From: a virus
Strand: one strand, 5' to 3'
DNA: 64,000 bases
Virus record (IMG/VR): IMGVR_UViG_3300048997_000225
Span: 68,504-132,503 of that record
Within the stretch, counting starts at the first letter, position 1; each line of letters opens with the position of its first letter. The notes below the pieces were generated by a model. It was not told the DNA's origin. It searched no databases and worked only from the letters and a program-made list of their open reading frames with translations. The position numbers were made by a program, and so were the translations under genes. This document shows positions 33,701 through 43,308 of the stretch, piece by piece.

Positions 33701-34183
33701 TTGATATTGTTTTTGGGCCTTAATAACATTTTGCAATTCTCCGAGATATTGTTTGTTCCCCTTCCTTAAATCGACGAATTGTTTTTCTAAGCCAAGAATA
33801 TCTTTCTTGGCACCAGATAATTTCCCTTGAACCGCTTTTTTCTCGGTTGGAGACTTGGCATCGTTATATTTTTTCTTTAAATCTTCGGCTTTTTTCCTGG
33901 CATCTTCAAGTTGCTTGCCAAGTTCAGACAGTTTCTTGAATGAAGAGCGAGCAGCACTAGAAAGCTCTTTAGTGAATTGAGACGCAGCTGTGGACACACC
34001 TTTGATGGAACGAATTGATGATAAAGAATGCTTGGATATATCTTTCCAATCGACCTTCATCGCAGTCATTTTGCGATGCAGATCCTTGGCGTCTTTCATG
34101 GCCTGAGAAGCGGCTTTAGGATCCAGCTTAGGCTGGATCAACATCTGTATGCCGACTTTTTCCTTACTGGCCTTAGTTGCCAT
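30719..34183 (-). CDS. Tail tape measure protein
   Basis: 1154 aa, Ala/Lys/Met-rich helical. C-terminal 'GGPVHDTGSYKLHRGEYVVP' motif is typical of tape measure proteins. Canonical position. Confidence 0.85.
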   Translation of the reverse strand: MATKASKEKVGIQMLIQPKLDPKAASQAMKDAKDLHRKMTAMKVDWKDISKHSLSSIRSIKGVSTAASQFTKELSSAARSSFKKLSELGKQLEDARKKAEDLKKKYNDAKSPTEKKAVQGKLSGAKKDILGLEKQFVDLRKGNKQYLGELQNVIKAQKQYQDTLKKAAGYTGKNFSKEMIGAIHKARSGGVRGAISGIGQSVSAGSKYAKGVAARATISSGGEMGAMSSAITGLSKAVPVLAGAVTAMTALWQLIKAASEHQTKLNKAMLEGLGTAGDFTTATETYRDTVDELRVAARDSAGEFLKLGGDSEQALKVVNRFAVESTGSLLKTRSTLAELGKGDVQAGMALLAKNAIAYGKAMNMEATEVGTMMGQLQSDAGYGAEQIQNVMGMAVKAAASANMPMTKFMGIFRQVLPDVELYQNRLEELTGTIKLLSKTMSPKDVKNFMDSFTNGFKGMDFKQRLKVALVAGTGFVSKTLDKDFSLKAKTMAENFSKYGINSDEFEKAYKGGEKSMAELIAKAQGRAAEQGEQLSGTVITNAMKLASYESARQKGGPLNTATAMRGGGMFATYKIMEKFSQTFVKGFDGLSEHVIKQLGVSEEQYEAMRTMSQSLKAQRAQLQMFGKTNSISMNKSLRSLIAQEKNTEESKVTSEMMAKASDEQLFYAAEQSNVDKKTSLTAEDLAVQQIEATTSVGDKLENIIAYLLEKIYGVLDPILKIIDNVWEWLVGSKKTQESIGKIDKFSSGIQASGYGAAEKGKMKQLADALMTGAKSGASGGQMTKIASGVYDPKMLQANADAIAEKVSKFAESRGSGPQAQYIKDNFLAALKEGNVSDAFGQLAAIPGDIETNLLQFGQNILPQVLSDADKNNASGGPVRRPGAEVKSSFKTKAEYEKFIQAQADAADIDRNMVPLATGRNATATGPAGASKSAGLPPEKNRTISQKAYVEQTEQQTKEVVSSHEKSSDAQIHATEDVYDGINDTLNILKKGIRFESSFLRGPYAGILKSATLDSFREALLEFAIIQAKMQNSPGISKMLSSYGQEIAGGDPAVALRSLFELPSDVDDPNALLKTFRDKNKDYSGSKLIGGPVHDTGSYKLHRGEYVVPAMPAGDKNGGNRPTVHANINIHGTSLTQQQLEGAVYGAMDKLARRP

Positions 34184-34191
34184 ATTTCATA

Positions 34192-35370
34192 TCAAGCTTT
34201 CTTGGTCCCAGGCGTATCATCAGAGGTTTCTTCATCTCCAGGGATTTGACGATGAAAATTTTGTAACTGCAACATTTTTAGTCTATTAGAACGCTCTAAT
34301 AATGCTTCAGCTTCTTCTTTCCCACCTAAAATTTGAGCGCCAGCTGACATTTGATTCTTATTGGAATCAAATATAGGAGCTCGATATATATTAGTTTTAG
34401 TGGTTTCAATTTGAGCGGCCCGATCCCGTAGTTGATCAACCTTGGCTTCAACGACTAAATCGTGATGGTCTTTTTCACCTGAAAGCGCCGCAGACAATTG
34501 ATCGGCAAGTTCATAAACACTTTCAGCTTTGAAACGGCCAGATACGGTTGCCATTCTCCCATCAGGCAAAGCCACTTGATTATTGGGAGCTTCTTGAGTT
34601 GATGATTGTCGATTTAAATATGCATGCAAAACTTGGATTTTTTGATCTTCAAGCTCAGTTCGCTCGCGCTCTTTACGAGCTCGATCTCTTTCATCGACGG
34701 TCCGAACACCTTTACCAGCGAAACATGAACCAATGAATTTGGCATTGGTCCAGTCTCTTTCCATTCTGTCTCTATCGTCAACAAGTCGATTTAGAGCTGT
34801 CCAAGCTTGTTGACAGTAATTCATTCCTATTTCATCAGTTCCAGATATTCCTGTATTAATCGGAGAATGAATGGGAGCTTGTTGAATATGCATCCATTTG
34901 AATCGTGAACGATTCTCATGAATATAAATTTCAGTTAGCGGATATAAACGTGTTGCACGCCCGTTAAGAGCGGACAAACCGTCAATAATTTTTTCTTGAA
35001 TGTTGTGATCAATTTTAGATATAATTTTAGATAATCGATTAACGTATCGAGCCCTTCCAGTTAAAGTATTTTCTCCATCAATTAAGAAAATACTATGTGC
35101 TATAAAATTGGATCGGTATTGGACTCGTATATCAGGCGCTGATGTCTTCAGAGGCTTTAGTAACTGAATATAGCGTAGTTCATTATGATTTAATGTTTTG
35201 AATACAAAAGTTTTTTCATGTAAGAAAATGGAAGTAGTTAAAAAACCCTGATATAAATATAATTCAAGATCATCCCATACATCGTCAATGACAGGTTTAT
35301 ATTGCTCCGGGACTTGGATATGGATCCGTCTCGGAGTCGTATTTTGGCCGGTATGTGAAGAATCGGCCAT
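34192..35370 (-). CDS. Putative tail assembly chaperone
   Basis: 392 aa immediately upstream of the tape measure gene; call is positional. Confidence 0.5.
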   Translation of the reverse strand: MADSSHTGQNTTPRRIHIQVPEQYKPVIDDVWDDLELYLYQGFLTTSIFLHEKTFVFKTLNHNELRYIQLLKPLKTSAPDIRVQYRSNFIAHSIFLIDGENTLTGRARYVNRLSKIISKIDHNIQEKIIDGLSALNGRATRLYPLTEIYIHENRSRFKWMHIQQAPIHSPINTGISGTDEIGMNYCQQAWTALNRLVDDRDRMERDWTNAKFIGSCFAGKGVRTVDERDRARKERERTELEDQKIQVLHAYLNRQSSTQEAPNNQVALPDGRMATVSGRFKAESVYELADQLSAALSGEKDHHDLVVEAKVDQLRDRAAQIETTKTNIYRAPIFDSNKNQMSAGAQILGGKEEAEALLERSNRLKMLQLQNFHRQIPGDEETSDDTPGTKKA

Positions 35371-35378
35371 AATATAAC

Positions 35379-36332
35379 TTAAGTTCTACGAATAAATCTC
35401 GGATTGATACTTTGAGCTCTAACGTCCGGATTTATGACCGGAGCGTTAATGGGAATTTTGGAAATTGGAGTCTCAATCGTATTATCTTCAACGGAAGGTT
35501 GGGCTTTATGTGCTTTCCTTCGAATTATTTCTAATTCGTCATCAGAAGGTGAAATCGAAGGTGGACGTGGAACAGGAATAGTTGAAGATACGTGAGTATC
35601 AGGCCATGGCACATCTACTGACGCAGTATCTGGTACGGGAGGAGCTACGGGAGGAGCTACGGGGGCAGGCTCTTCCGTTTTTGGAGATTGGAAAGGATTG
35701 AATTCATTAACAGTATCAGATTCTTCCTCTAATCGTTCCCTATCTTCAGCATCAGAACTCGATGATCCGATCGGAACAGGAACTTCAACTGCCTCAATTA
35801 ATGGCGGTAGATTCATCTGTTCACGCAATTCTGCAACGCGTGATTCCAGTTCCAAAAGTTCTTGGCGAGGCTCTTTCAAATTATCGAAATGGACGTCTGA
35901 TAAAGTTTCTTTTTTATGAGTTTCCATTAAATCTGCGAATACATCAAATGCGACATCAATAAAATCATTATCCCATCTGGCCATTTTATGATGAATAAAC
36001 CCGGCCAAATCAACTAATGATTTCTTATTGTCTCTACCGATGACAGGAAATGCTTTGCCTGCATATCGATAATCACGCAGATCAAAATCGTCAAAACCAA
36101 CTAATGCGTTGGATAGTGTGACGCGCTTAGTCTCAAATAATGTGTTCGGACCAAGCTCTGATTTAGTGAGTATTTCATTAATAAGAGATTGCTGAGTAAA
36201 ATCAACAGGCGAATACCATAATACAATATTTCCGACCTTGCGTTTCCAATGCTTGTCGGTATTAATATTAGATATGTGTTTGTCGAGTTCACTTAAAAAT
36301 GCTTCGTCCATCGGGATGATGAACAATACCAA
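35379..36332 (-). CDS. Putative tail assembly chaperone with acidic/Pro-rich tail (likely start ATG 36311)
   Basis: Lies between tube and tape measure genes; low-complexity PAPVAPPVAPPVP C-terminal region. Confidence 0.5.
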   Translation of the reverse strand: MVLFIIPMDEAFLSELDKHISNINTDKHWKRKVGNIVLWYSPVDFTQQSLINEILTKSELGPNTLFETKRVTLSNALVGFDDFDLRDYRYAGKAFPVIGRDNKKSLVDLAGFIHHKMARWDNDFIDVAFDVFADLMETHKKETLSDVHFDNLKEPRQELLELESRVAELREQMNLPPLIEAVEVPVPIGSSSSDAEDRERLEEESDTVNEFNPFQSPKTEEPAPVAPPVAPPVPDTASVDVPWPDTHVSSTIPVPRPPSISPSDDELEIIRRKAHKAQPSVEDNTIETPISKIPINAPVINPDVRAQSINPRFIRRT

Positions 36333-37163
36333 TTAATAACTCATAACTACTTTATTGTTCCAAGTATCAAGCTCTTGTCGTAAGTTCTTATATAATTGTT
36401 CAGGATCATTTTCAGACAATCCTGACATAGAACCGTCATTAAGCTCAATAACTATCCAATCTCCAGAAGCGGTCTCGGCAACATCGATTACATAGAAATT
36501 AATATTATCTTGGATTCTCCCAATCACCTCTGCTAGAAAATCAAGAGGGACAGATTCGGGATCAGGTGAGATATTAAGGTCATGAATTTCTTCAATATGA
36601 CTAGACCAATAATATCCACCACTCAAAATTTGAGAACGATAACAAAAAAATCTATATTCATTAGTTATCGGCAAACCTTGAATACCTATCATGTAAGTCT
36701 TGAGCGGAACGAATTCACGAATATAAATATGTTGATTGGAAATCAGGGAATCTGCGTATAAGCGAGATTCGACTTCAATAGCGTCTTTTTTGTTCTTGGC
36801 AAACATATGAGATTGCCAAAGCTGTTTCTTCGAATTAGTCTCGCCTTTAAGAACAAAAGATGTATTTTCAGGTAAATCTTGAGTACGAGACCAAGTTTTA
36901 GGAGTGAGATCAGATAAATCAGTCACCCAATTCTGCAAATCTGCAACATATAAATGTTGTTGATAACTATTTATTAACTTAGCCCCAACGAATTGAACAT
37001 CTGATTCAAGTTCGCGATAGAACGGAAGCGCACTATATCGCGGAATCACCAGCGAGTCCGGTTGGATTCGCATCCGAGTCCCGATGATTGGGAAATGATG
37101 AGCAGCGGCAACTTGTTCTTGCTGCCAGTCTTGACCGTCTCGGAATAATATAATAGGCTCCAT
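36333..37163 (-). CDS. ATP-grasp protein (R2K-like)
   Basis: 'FVLKGETNSKK..W', 'YIREFVPL', 'NEYRFF', 'FYVIDVA....DWIVIELNDGSMSG'. Confidence 0.8.
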   Translation of the reverse strand: MEPIILFRDGQDWQQEQVAAAHHFPIIGTRMRIQPDSLVIPRYSALPFYRELESDVQFVGAKLINSYQQHLYVADLQNWVTDLSDLTPKTWSRTQDLPENTSFVLKGETNSKKQLWQSHMFAKNKKDAIEVESRLYADSLISNQHIYIREFVPLKTYMIGIQGLPITNEYRFFCYRSQILSGGYYWSSHIEEIHDLNISPDPESVPLDFLAEVIGRIQDNINFYVIDVAETASGDWIVIELNDGSMSGLSENDPEQLYKNLRQELDTWNNKVVMSY

Positions 37164-37271
37164 CGATAAAAGACCTTACAAACCGGGGCAGGCGTAAAAT
37201 CCTATATCGATGAATGGCCCGATTAAATAGTGTATCAGAGGGTTAACAATCAGTCATCATGAAATGGGAAT

Positions 37272-37778
37272 CTATATATCTACAGAATCAACATCTACTG
37301 GATCTTTTCCAGAGGATATTTGAGAAGAATCGAAATCGTGAATAGCGCGTTCGACTGAAGACCAGTCACGATGTTGTAAACCCCCGATGCGAATCCGATC
37401 TAAAGCGGCCTTTGCATTTTGACATTCAATTTTAATTAATTCCAAACGAATGTCTAATTCATGCAGCTCTCGAGAGCTTTTCCGGAGAGCTTGTCCATTC
37501 AACTGGAGTTGAGATTGCAAAGTCTTAATAGATGAATTGGACTGCATTGTTTTTTCATAATATTGACCAGCTTTATCAGCTGCTTGAGTCAAATTTTGAA
37601 AACGAGTCTGCATAGCATCACCTAGACATGCAAGTCCAACAGTAATAGATCGTTGAAGATCTTGTCTATCAAGCTTCTCGGCTTGTAACTGTTTTACTTG
37701 ATCTTTCAAACGATTCCGTTCAGCAATAAGATCTGATACGTCCGTAGCATCATATTCTATTGAATCGGAATTTTCCAT
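37272..37778 (-). CDS. Coiled-coil hypothetical protein
   Basis: 168 aa with heptad-like composition; coupled to the upstream stop. Confidence 0.6.
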   Translation of the reverse strand: MENSDSIEYDATDVSDLIAERNRLKDQVKQLQAEKLDRQDLQRSITVGLACLGDAMQTRFQNLTQAADKAGQYYEKTMQSNSSIKTLQSQLQLNGQALRKSSRELHELDIRLELIKIECQNAKAALDRIRIGGLQHRDWSSVERAIHDFDSSQISSGKDPVDVDSVDI

Positions 37779-39052
37779 TATTTAGATAATACAATCACCC
37801 AACGTTTTTTGCCCAGATCCCAAATTTTATGGTATCCTTGCGCCGTCCGGAGTTCAGTTTCTGTAAACTCGGACAAACGTTCGATGCCGCGCTTGCGAAG
37901 TCCTGATTTATGGAATCGTCTATTATCTTTAACCCAAAAATAATCAGGAGCCACGTCTCCATCGAATTTGAAACCAATCTTCTCATAAACTGCTCCGGAA
38001 AACAGCCTGTTATCAGAAAATGACACAATTGATGAAGGTTGGAAATCTGCAATGAACTTTTGAATGAGTTTCGACCAAATCCCATGCACTCGATAGTCAG
38101 GATGCGATACCATCCGAAGAAGTTCCCAAGGATGTTTAGACTGGCGAGTCGGAATGGAAAAAGAGGCGCAAGCCATGAGTTGGTTCTCGAAAAACACTCC
38201 GTAGTGAACTTTAGCTGTACAGGTTCCAATATAATGATGGGCGTTATAAAATCCGTCGCACTCTATTTTTGGAATTGGCCGAATTGTGCATTGCGACGGG
38301 CGAAGGTTTCTCGGTTTAGAAATTATTAAACGATTCCGGAATAAATTCTCAATTTTAGAACGATTCCGGAGCCATTCATCTTCAAATATTGAAATATGAG
38401 AACATCCAGCAGCAATAGCGGCTTTATATTTAATAAAATCTCGTTGTCTAGAACCAGGAAAATTATGCCACTTTAGTCCATTATATCCAATTAGTAGATT
38501 ATGAGAGGGAACAAACATATCATATTCCAAACCATTAACTAAATATTCTTGAACAACTTCAAGTCCGAGACTCCGAATAAATTCGACAATGGAAACAGAG
38601 GCCGAAGGAATCTTATCGGAAAGATGTTGAATGTTAGATTTTGTACGAATCTTTTTAATATGCCTGCTAGATTTCTGAAAGCATTTCCCACATGATGTAG
38701 TATGACCAGTTGTAACTGATAATGGCTGGCATTGAGTTTCATTCCCACAATCACAAAGCCATATCACTTTGGTTCGAGAACCCGGGAGCAAATCAACAGG
38801 GGTCTTGATTCGGAGTTTCCCAAACTTCCTTGTTCGAAGCTCTTCAGCAGAAAGTTGATTACATTTCCGGCAGGAAGAAGTGTTTCCCCTTACAACTGTG
38901 CAGACAGATAAATTAGTTGTTTTTCCACAATCACAAATCCAGTCCACTTTCTGATGGGAGCCACTTGTGGAATCTTGTGGCTCCAACATTCGGAGCTTTC
39001 CATAGTTGGTTAATCGAAAATGGTCAGCTGATAAGAATGTGGATGAGTCCAT
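37778..39052 (-). mobile_element. Free-standing homing-endonuclease-like gene, copy A: Cys repeats + Vsr-like nuclease + GNAT/Mom-like domain
   Basis: WICDCG..SC..C repeats; 'YDMFVP...LLIGYNGLKWH...IFEDEW'; 'HHYIG...WELLRM...SKL...IVSFSDNR...YEKIGF...IWDLGK'. Confidence 0.7.
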
Positions 39053-39081
39053 AAGTTTTGTATCTTACAATACAAAACTTA
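39052..39081 (-). promoter_or_regulatory. Hairpin over translation start of copy A, containing a GTAAGAT box
   Basis: taagttttgtat-cttaca-atacaaaactta, 12-bp stem abutting the ATG. Confidence 0.5.
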
Positions 39082-39146
39082 AATATCTACTAGTATTAAT
39101 CCAAAATGATTTTAATATCTGACATTACAACGTTAGATTTATATAT

Positions 39147-39188
39147 CTTATTTATCAGGAAGCCTTCGAAGGCTTCCTGATAAATAAG
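39147..39188. repeat. Perfect 42-bp palindrome downstream of tail tube gene
   Basis: cttatttatcaggaagccttc|gaaggcttcctgataaataag. Confidence 0.95.
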
Positions 39189-39199
39189 CACGATCTTTG

Positions 39200-39871
39200 C
39201 TAACCAAAAAGACGCGATCCGCTGCCAGGCTTGAGCAATGGGTTGTTCCCAGAATCCAATTGAGAACCATAATTATCTGGGCTAGTACCATAAAAGCTAC
39301 TACCATCAGTCACATCAGTACATGTTGCCGCTGCATCTTCCATGACTATAGCAGAATCACTTGGGAAGCTTACGCTAACAGAGTTTAGCCAACAAGCTTC
39401 GAAATATGTAATAAGTGCAAAATTAGGATCATCAGTTGCCAAAGTCTTGATTAAAATCGAAGCTTGATCACGCACCGTGACAAGTTCGGAAAACACTAAT
39501 TCTGAACGCAAATCGAATGGCCAACGATGATGCCTGAGTGAACGAACTAGACCGTCCACGCCGCCCCGATAACCAACTTCTTGAACAATACCTGCTGTAT
39601 ATAGCAAAGTCCGGTTCAAAGTGATAGCCATGGGCTCTGTCACATTCGGGACAAGCTCTTGAATCTTATCGCCGAACCCAACGCCGCGGACTGGGTCTAT
39701 TCCTCTACTTTCACTATAATCAAATGTCGAAAGCACTCCAATTTGTTTATCACTTGGTTGTTGGACCGTGAATGGACGAGAAAAAACGCGATTCTTCTGT
39801 GAAATCGCGACTCTAGTATTCGGTGAAGAACCACTTCTATAGATATACGAATCCGCTGCATCTCTAGACAT
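39200..39871 (-). CDS. Tail tube protein
   Basis: 223 aa with GGGAG SD. 'IGVLSTF...ESRGIDPVRGVGFGDKIQELVP...ITLNRTLLY...PFDL...TYFEACW' is a myophage tube pattern. Confidence 0.8.
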   Translation of the reverse strand: MSRDAADSYIYRSGSSPNTRVAISQKNRVFSRPFTVQQPSDKQIGVLSTFDYSESRGIDPVRGVGFGDKIQELVPNVTEPMAITLNRTLLYTAGIVQEVGYRGGVDGLVRSLRHHRWPFDLRSELVFSELVTVRDQASILIKTLATDDPNFALITYFEACWLNSVSVSFPSDSAIVMEDAAATCTDVTDGSSFYGTSPDNYGSQLDSGNNPLLKPGSGSRLFG

Positions 39872-39928
39872 TTGAATCTCCTATTACTGTTGTAAATTGA
39901 AGATCCAACAATATAGTTATATACAATT

Positions 39929-41881
39929 ATGATCCAATTGGCCCCAAATCAAAATATTCCAGAACATCTTCATACTAAGAAAAAATTCCAATTCATATGT
40001 GATTGTGGGAATATATTTTGGACGTTATGGGCAAGTTTTAAAACTGGTCAAGCAAAAACTTGTGGAAAATGCAAAATATTTAAATGGAAACAATCCGGAC
40101 GAATCCGATTCGGAAAATTAGAATTAATTGATCCAATTAATGATATTAAACGATTGACCGACAAACATCATTGGAAATGTGATTGTGGAAATCAAAAACT
40201 AATTCAAGTGATAAACGTCTTAAATGGAGATACGAATAGTTGTGGCTGTATATGTAAACAATCAATACGTGGTTTACAACCATATCATCCAGTCAAATCA
40301 AAAATCATATGGCTACAAGAATTATCAGAATTAATAGATAGAGGATTACCAGATAACTGGAGTACTGGTGCTAATCTAAAAGCCAGTTTTCGATGTGCTT
40401 GTGGTAACGAATATATCAGAAAATTTTCAAAATATGATTCAGTCAAATCAACATGCGGAAGATGCAATGAAATATCAATAATACGAGGACATCAAATCAA
40501 TCAATTCACATATGATGATGAATCTGGAATAATAAACACTAAATCAACAGTTCAAAAATATTTCATATGTAAATGCGGTAAACGCACATTATTGAACATC
40601 CGAGATATATTTTCCGGAAATAAAAAAATATGTAGTAAATGCAATGAAATAACAGCACAAGAAATAGCCAACAAGAGATTCGGAAAACTTATTATCAAAT
40701 ATCCGGAAAATATTAAACGTTATTCCGGAAAAAAGATATGGTGGAATTGTGAATGTGGAGGAGAAATATATACGGGCATATATAGTGTGTTATCTGGAAA
40801 AACTAAAACTTGTGGGAAATGCCGACAACCAATCCAAAATTGGTATATTCAAAATCGTGAAGAAATACGAGCATTAAAATGCCCTATCCCAGCTGGAATC
40901 ATTTTAAATGGAATACAAGCATTAGAAATTATCAATACAGTATCTGATCCATTTAAAGCTTTATGTCCGGTATGTGATAATATTTACTTTCCACGATTAC
41001 ATGGTATTAAAGATGGTGAGTCAATTACCTGTGGATGCACATCTAATTTATTAATTTCAACCGCTCAGAAAGAAATTGCGGAATTCATACAGAATTTAGG
41101 AATAAATGTAATACTGGAATATCCAATCAATGGACTACGATATGATATCTGGGTAGCAGCTTCAAAATTGGTTATTGAATATAATGGACTATTATGGCAT
41201 AGTAATATTGACGCGCGTAGAAGAGAATTAATTAAATGGCAGAATGCGATAAATGAAGGTATGCACTGTTTAACAGTATATGAAGATGAATGGAAATATA
41301 AAAGGAAATGCATTGAAAATATTATCAAAAATAAATTACAGATTGTCAGTCCAAAACGAACGATTTTAAGACCGAAGTCATGTGAAATACAACAATTAGA
41401 ATCAAAAATCGTCAATAAATTATATGAAACATATCATTATATTGGAGGAACTGCATCGAAGGTAAATTATGGTATATTCTATCAAGAACAATTGATTGCT
41501 TGTATTTCTTTCAAAAGGCCGACCAGACAATCAAAATATGATTGGGAACTTGCCAGAATGGTCGCCCATCCAGATTTCCGTGTTCATGGTATTTGGAGCA
41601 AACTCCTCCGGAAATTCATAAAAGAATATTCTCCAAAATCGATTGTTTCGTTTTCAGATAATCGATTATTCTTTGGTGGAGTTTATGAAAAACTCGGCTT
41701 CCAATATGACGGTGATGTAAATTCTGATTATTATTGGACAAAAGGTAAACGAAGATATCACAAATCGTCTCTGCGCAAAAAACCTGGAGAAATCGGAACA
41801 GAATTTGAGCTCCGGACAGCTCAAGGTTATAGACAAATTTGGGATCTGGGCAAAAAACGTTGGGTGCTCCATGTCAAGTGA
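39929..41881 (+). mobile_element. Homing-endonuclease-like gene, copy B (about six Cys repeats + Vsr-like nuclease + GNAT/Mom-like domain)
   Basis: CDCG...TCGKC repeats; 'YDIWV...VIEYNGLLWH...VYEDEW'; C-terminal domain closely similar to copy A. Confidence 0.75.
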
Positions 41882-42179
41882 TTATATTGCTAAGCGCCAA
41901 CAATCACGACGCATGAACGTTGTCCGACGCCGGTTTTTTGCTCGGGAACTCATCATTCAGCTCAAATCGCAACCTTGTGCGGATTGTAAGCTCCCTTACC
42001 ATCATTGCCAAATGGACTTCTGGCATAAGCAACAAAACGGCGTCCCATTGGCCAGGTTGCTTCTGAAATCCAAAGACCGGATCATTTTAGAAGTCCAAAA
42101 ATGCGATTTGCTATGTGCCAACTGCAGTCGGCTGCGCACTTGGAAATTCGAACGCCAGCAACGCTCGAGCGACACTTAA
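41871..42179 (+). CDS. Small HNH-like Zn-binding protein, possibly degenerate
   Basis: 'KSQPCADC...MDFWH...EVQKCDLLCANCSRLRT'; the family normally has FDH and CANCH. ATG at 41871 preferred as start. Confidence 0.65.
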   Translation: MSSDYIAKRQQSRRMNVVRRRFFARELIIQLKSQPCADCKLPYHHCQMDFWHKQQNGVPLARLLLKSKDRIILEVQKCDLLCANCSRLRTWKFERQQRSSDT

Positions 42180-42180
42180 C

Positions 42181-42441
42181 ATGTTCGTTTTGCTATTGTT
42201 AGCAGAAAATATCAAATTCGCAATGCATGAATCCGAAATGCAAAATTCAAGGCGCGTTCAAAAATGTCCAACTTGCGAAACCACTTTAAATCAATTTGAA
42301 GTTTTCTACAGAGAATGTAAAAATTGCAGATTGGACAAAATTCGAAGGAACAGTCTCACTATTCAATTTTGTAAACATAACAAAAATATTAAAATTTGCC
42401 AAGACAATGAATGCGTCGTAAGTCACATCATGAGCAGTTGA
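42181..42441 (+). CDS. Small Zn-ribbon protein ending in the shared C-terminal motif
   Basis: CPTC...CKNC; ends ECVVSHIMSS*. Start uncertain. Confidence 0.55.
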   Translation: MFVLLLLAENIKFAMHESEMQNSRRVQKCPTCETTLNQFEVFYRECKNCRLDKIRRNSLTIQFCKHNKNIKICQDNECVVSHIMSS

Positions 42442-42659
42442 GGCTTGCCTGTAAGTTCGGTTGCACAAAACGGACAGAATTTAATATTCACCAGCCAATA
42501 CAAGCCGCGTTCACTTATCGCAACGTCGCTAATCATCACCCATCCGGGAACGTTCCCATTTTGGACTTGCGATTCCCACCAAATGGATTTTGCTGCCGCA
42601 GCGCAACATTTAGGGTGGAATTTATCACAATGCAAATCGGAATTCAGAAACGAATCCAC
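42423..42659 (-). CDS. Small Cys-rich protein
   Basis: 'KCC...IKFCPFCATEL', a common phage Zn-finger pattern. Confidence 0.6.
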   Translation of the reverse strand: MDSFLNSDLHCDKFHPKCCAAAAKSIWWESQVQNGNVPGWVMISDVAISERGLYWLVNIKFCPFCATELTGKPQLLMM

Positions 42660-42681
42660 AAATCAATGAAGCTTAATAATT

Positions 42682-43296
42682 TTATTGATCCATAACGATT
42701 TGCAATTGATCAAGCAGTTTATTCCAATTCCCAGTGACGTCTCGTTGCAATTGAATAAGTCCTTGACTGTTGTGTCGCTTATAATAGTCAGTGGTTTGGA
42801 ACAATTCAAGAATTTTAGGAAAGTTTTTATCAACTTGGAAAGTCAGATATGGATCCATCCATTCGTCCACGTCTTCATATTTAGTTCCAGGTGGATGTCC
42901 GGCGCAAGAGCTATGCGTTTTGAATCCATTCCCATTCAAGAAATGCAATACTTCTAGAAAATCCGCATCATCATCCATGTCTTCTTCAGGACCAAAGATA
43001 TTGAGCTTGCCATGAGAAGCCACGATTAAACGCGCAGCAATTTGTTCCAAAATTTCATGAGCCGCGTCATCTCCTTTTGGGCTTGGAGTCCCAGGAGCTT
43101 TTTGAGCCCAAGTGTCACCAGACTTAGTAATAAACACCACTGCTGGATATCCGCGGATCTTAATTGATCCTGAATATTCAGCTTCTTTCAACACCATGTC
43201 TGGAAGCTTCTGAACGTCCCATTTTCCATCCCCCTCGAGATGGAAAGCAGGACCCGGAACTAATTTTGGAAGATCATTACTCATTAAAGCGGTCAA
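42682..43296 (-). CDS. Hypothetical protein with 'GFKTHSSCAGH' motif
   Basis: 204 aa, co-oriented with neighbours. Confidence 0.6.
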   Translation of the reverse strand: MTALMSNDLPKLVPGPAFHLEGDGKWDVQKLPDMVLKEAEYSGSIKIRGYPAVVFITKSGDTWAQKAPGTPSPKGDDAAHEILEQIAARLIVASHGKLNIFGPEEDMDDDADFLEVLHFLNGNGFKTHSSCAGHPPGTKYEDVDEWMDPYLTFQVDKNFPKILELFQTTDYYKRHNSQGLIQLQRDVTGNWNKLLDQLQIVMDQ

Positions 43297-43308
43297 AAAT
43301 AAGGGAAA

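Noticed and set aside
34192-36332. Lambda G/GT-type programmed frameshift between the chaperone genes
   Set aside because: The second gene has its own ATG 8 nt after the first stop, and I found no convincing slippery heptamer at the end of the first.
37778-41881. Nuclease genes as group I intron or intein passengers
   Set aside because: The flanking tube and sheath genes look complete, intergenic gaps are too short for a ribozyme core, and no intein splice motifs were seen.
42682-43296. TYW3-like tRNA methyltransferase call from the 'THSSCAGH' motif
   Set aside because: Only a short motif matches, which is not enough to assign function.
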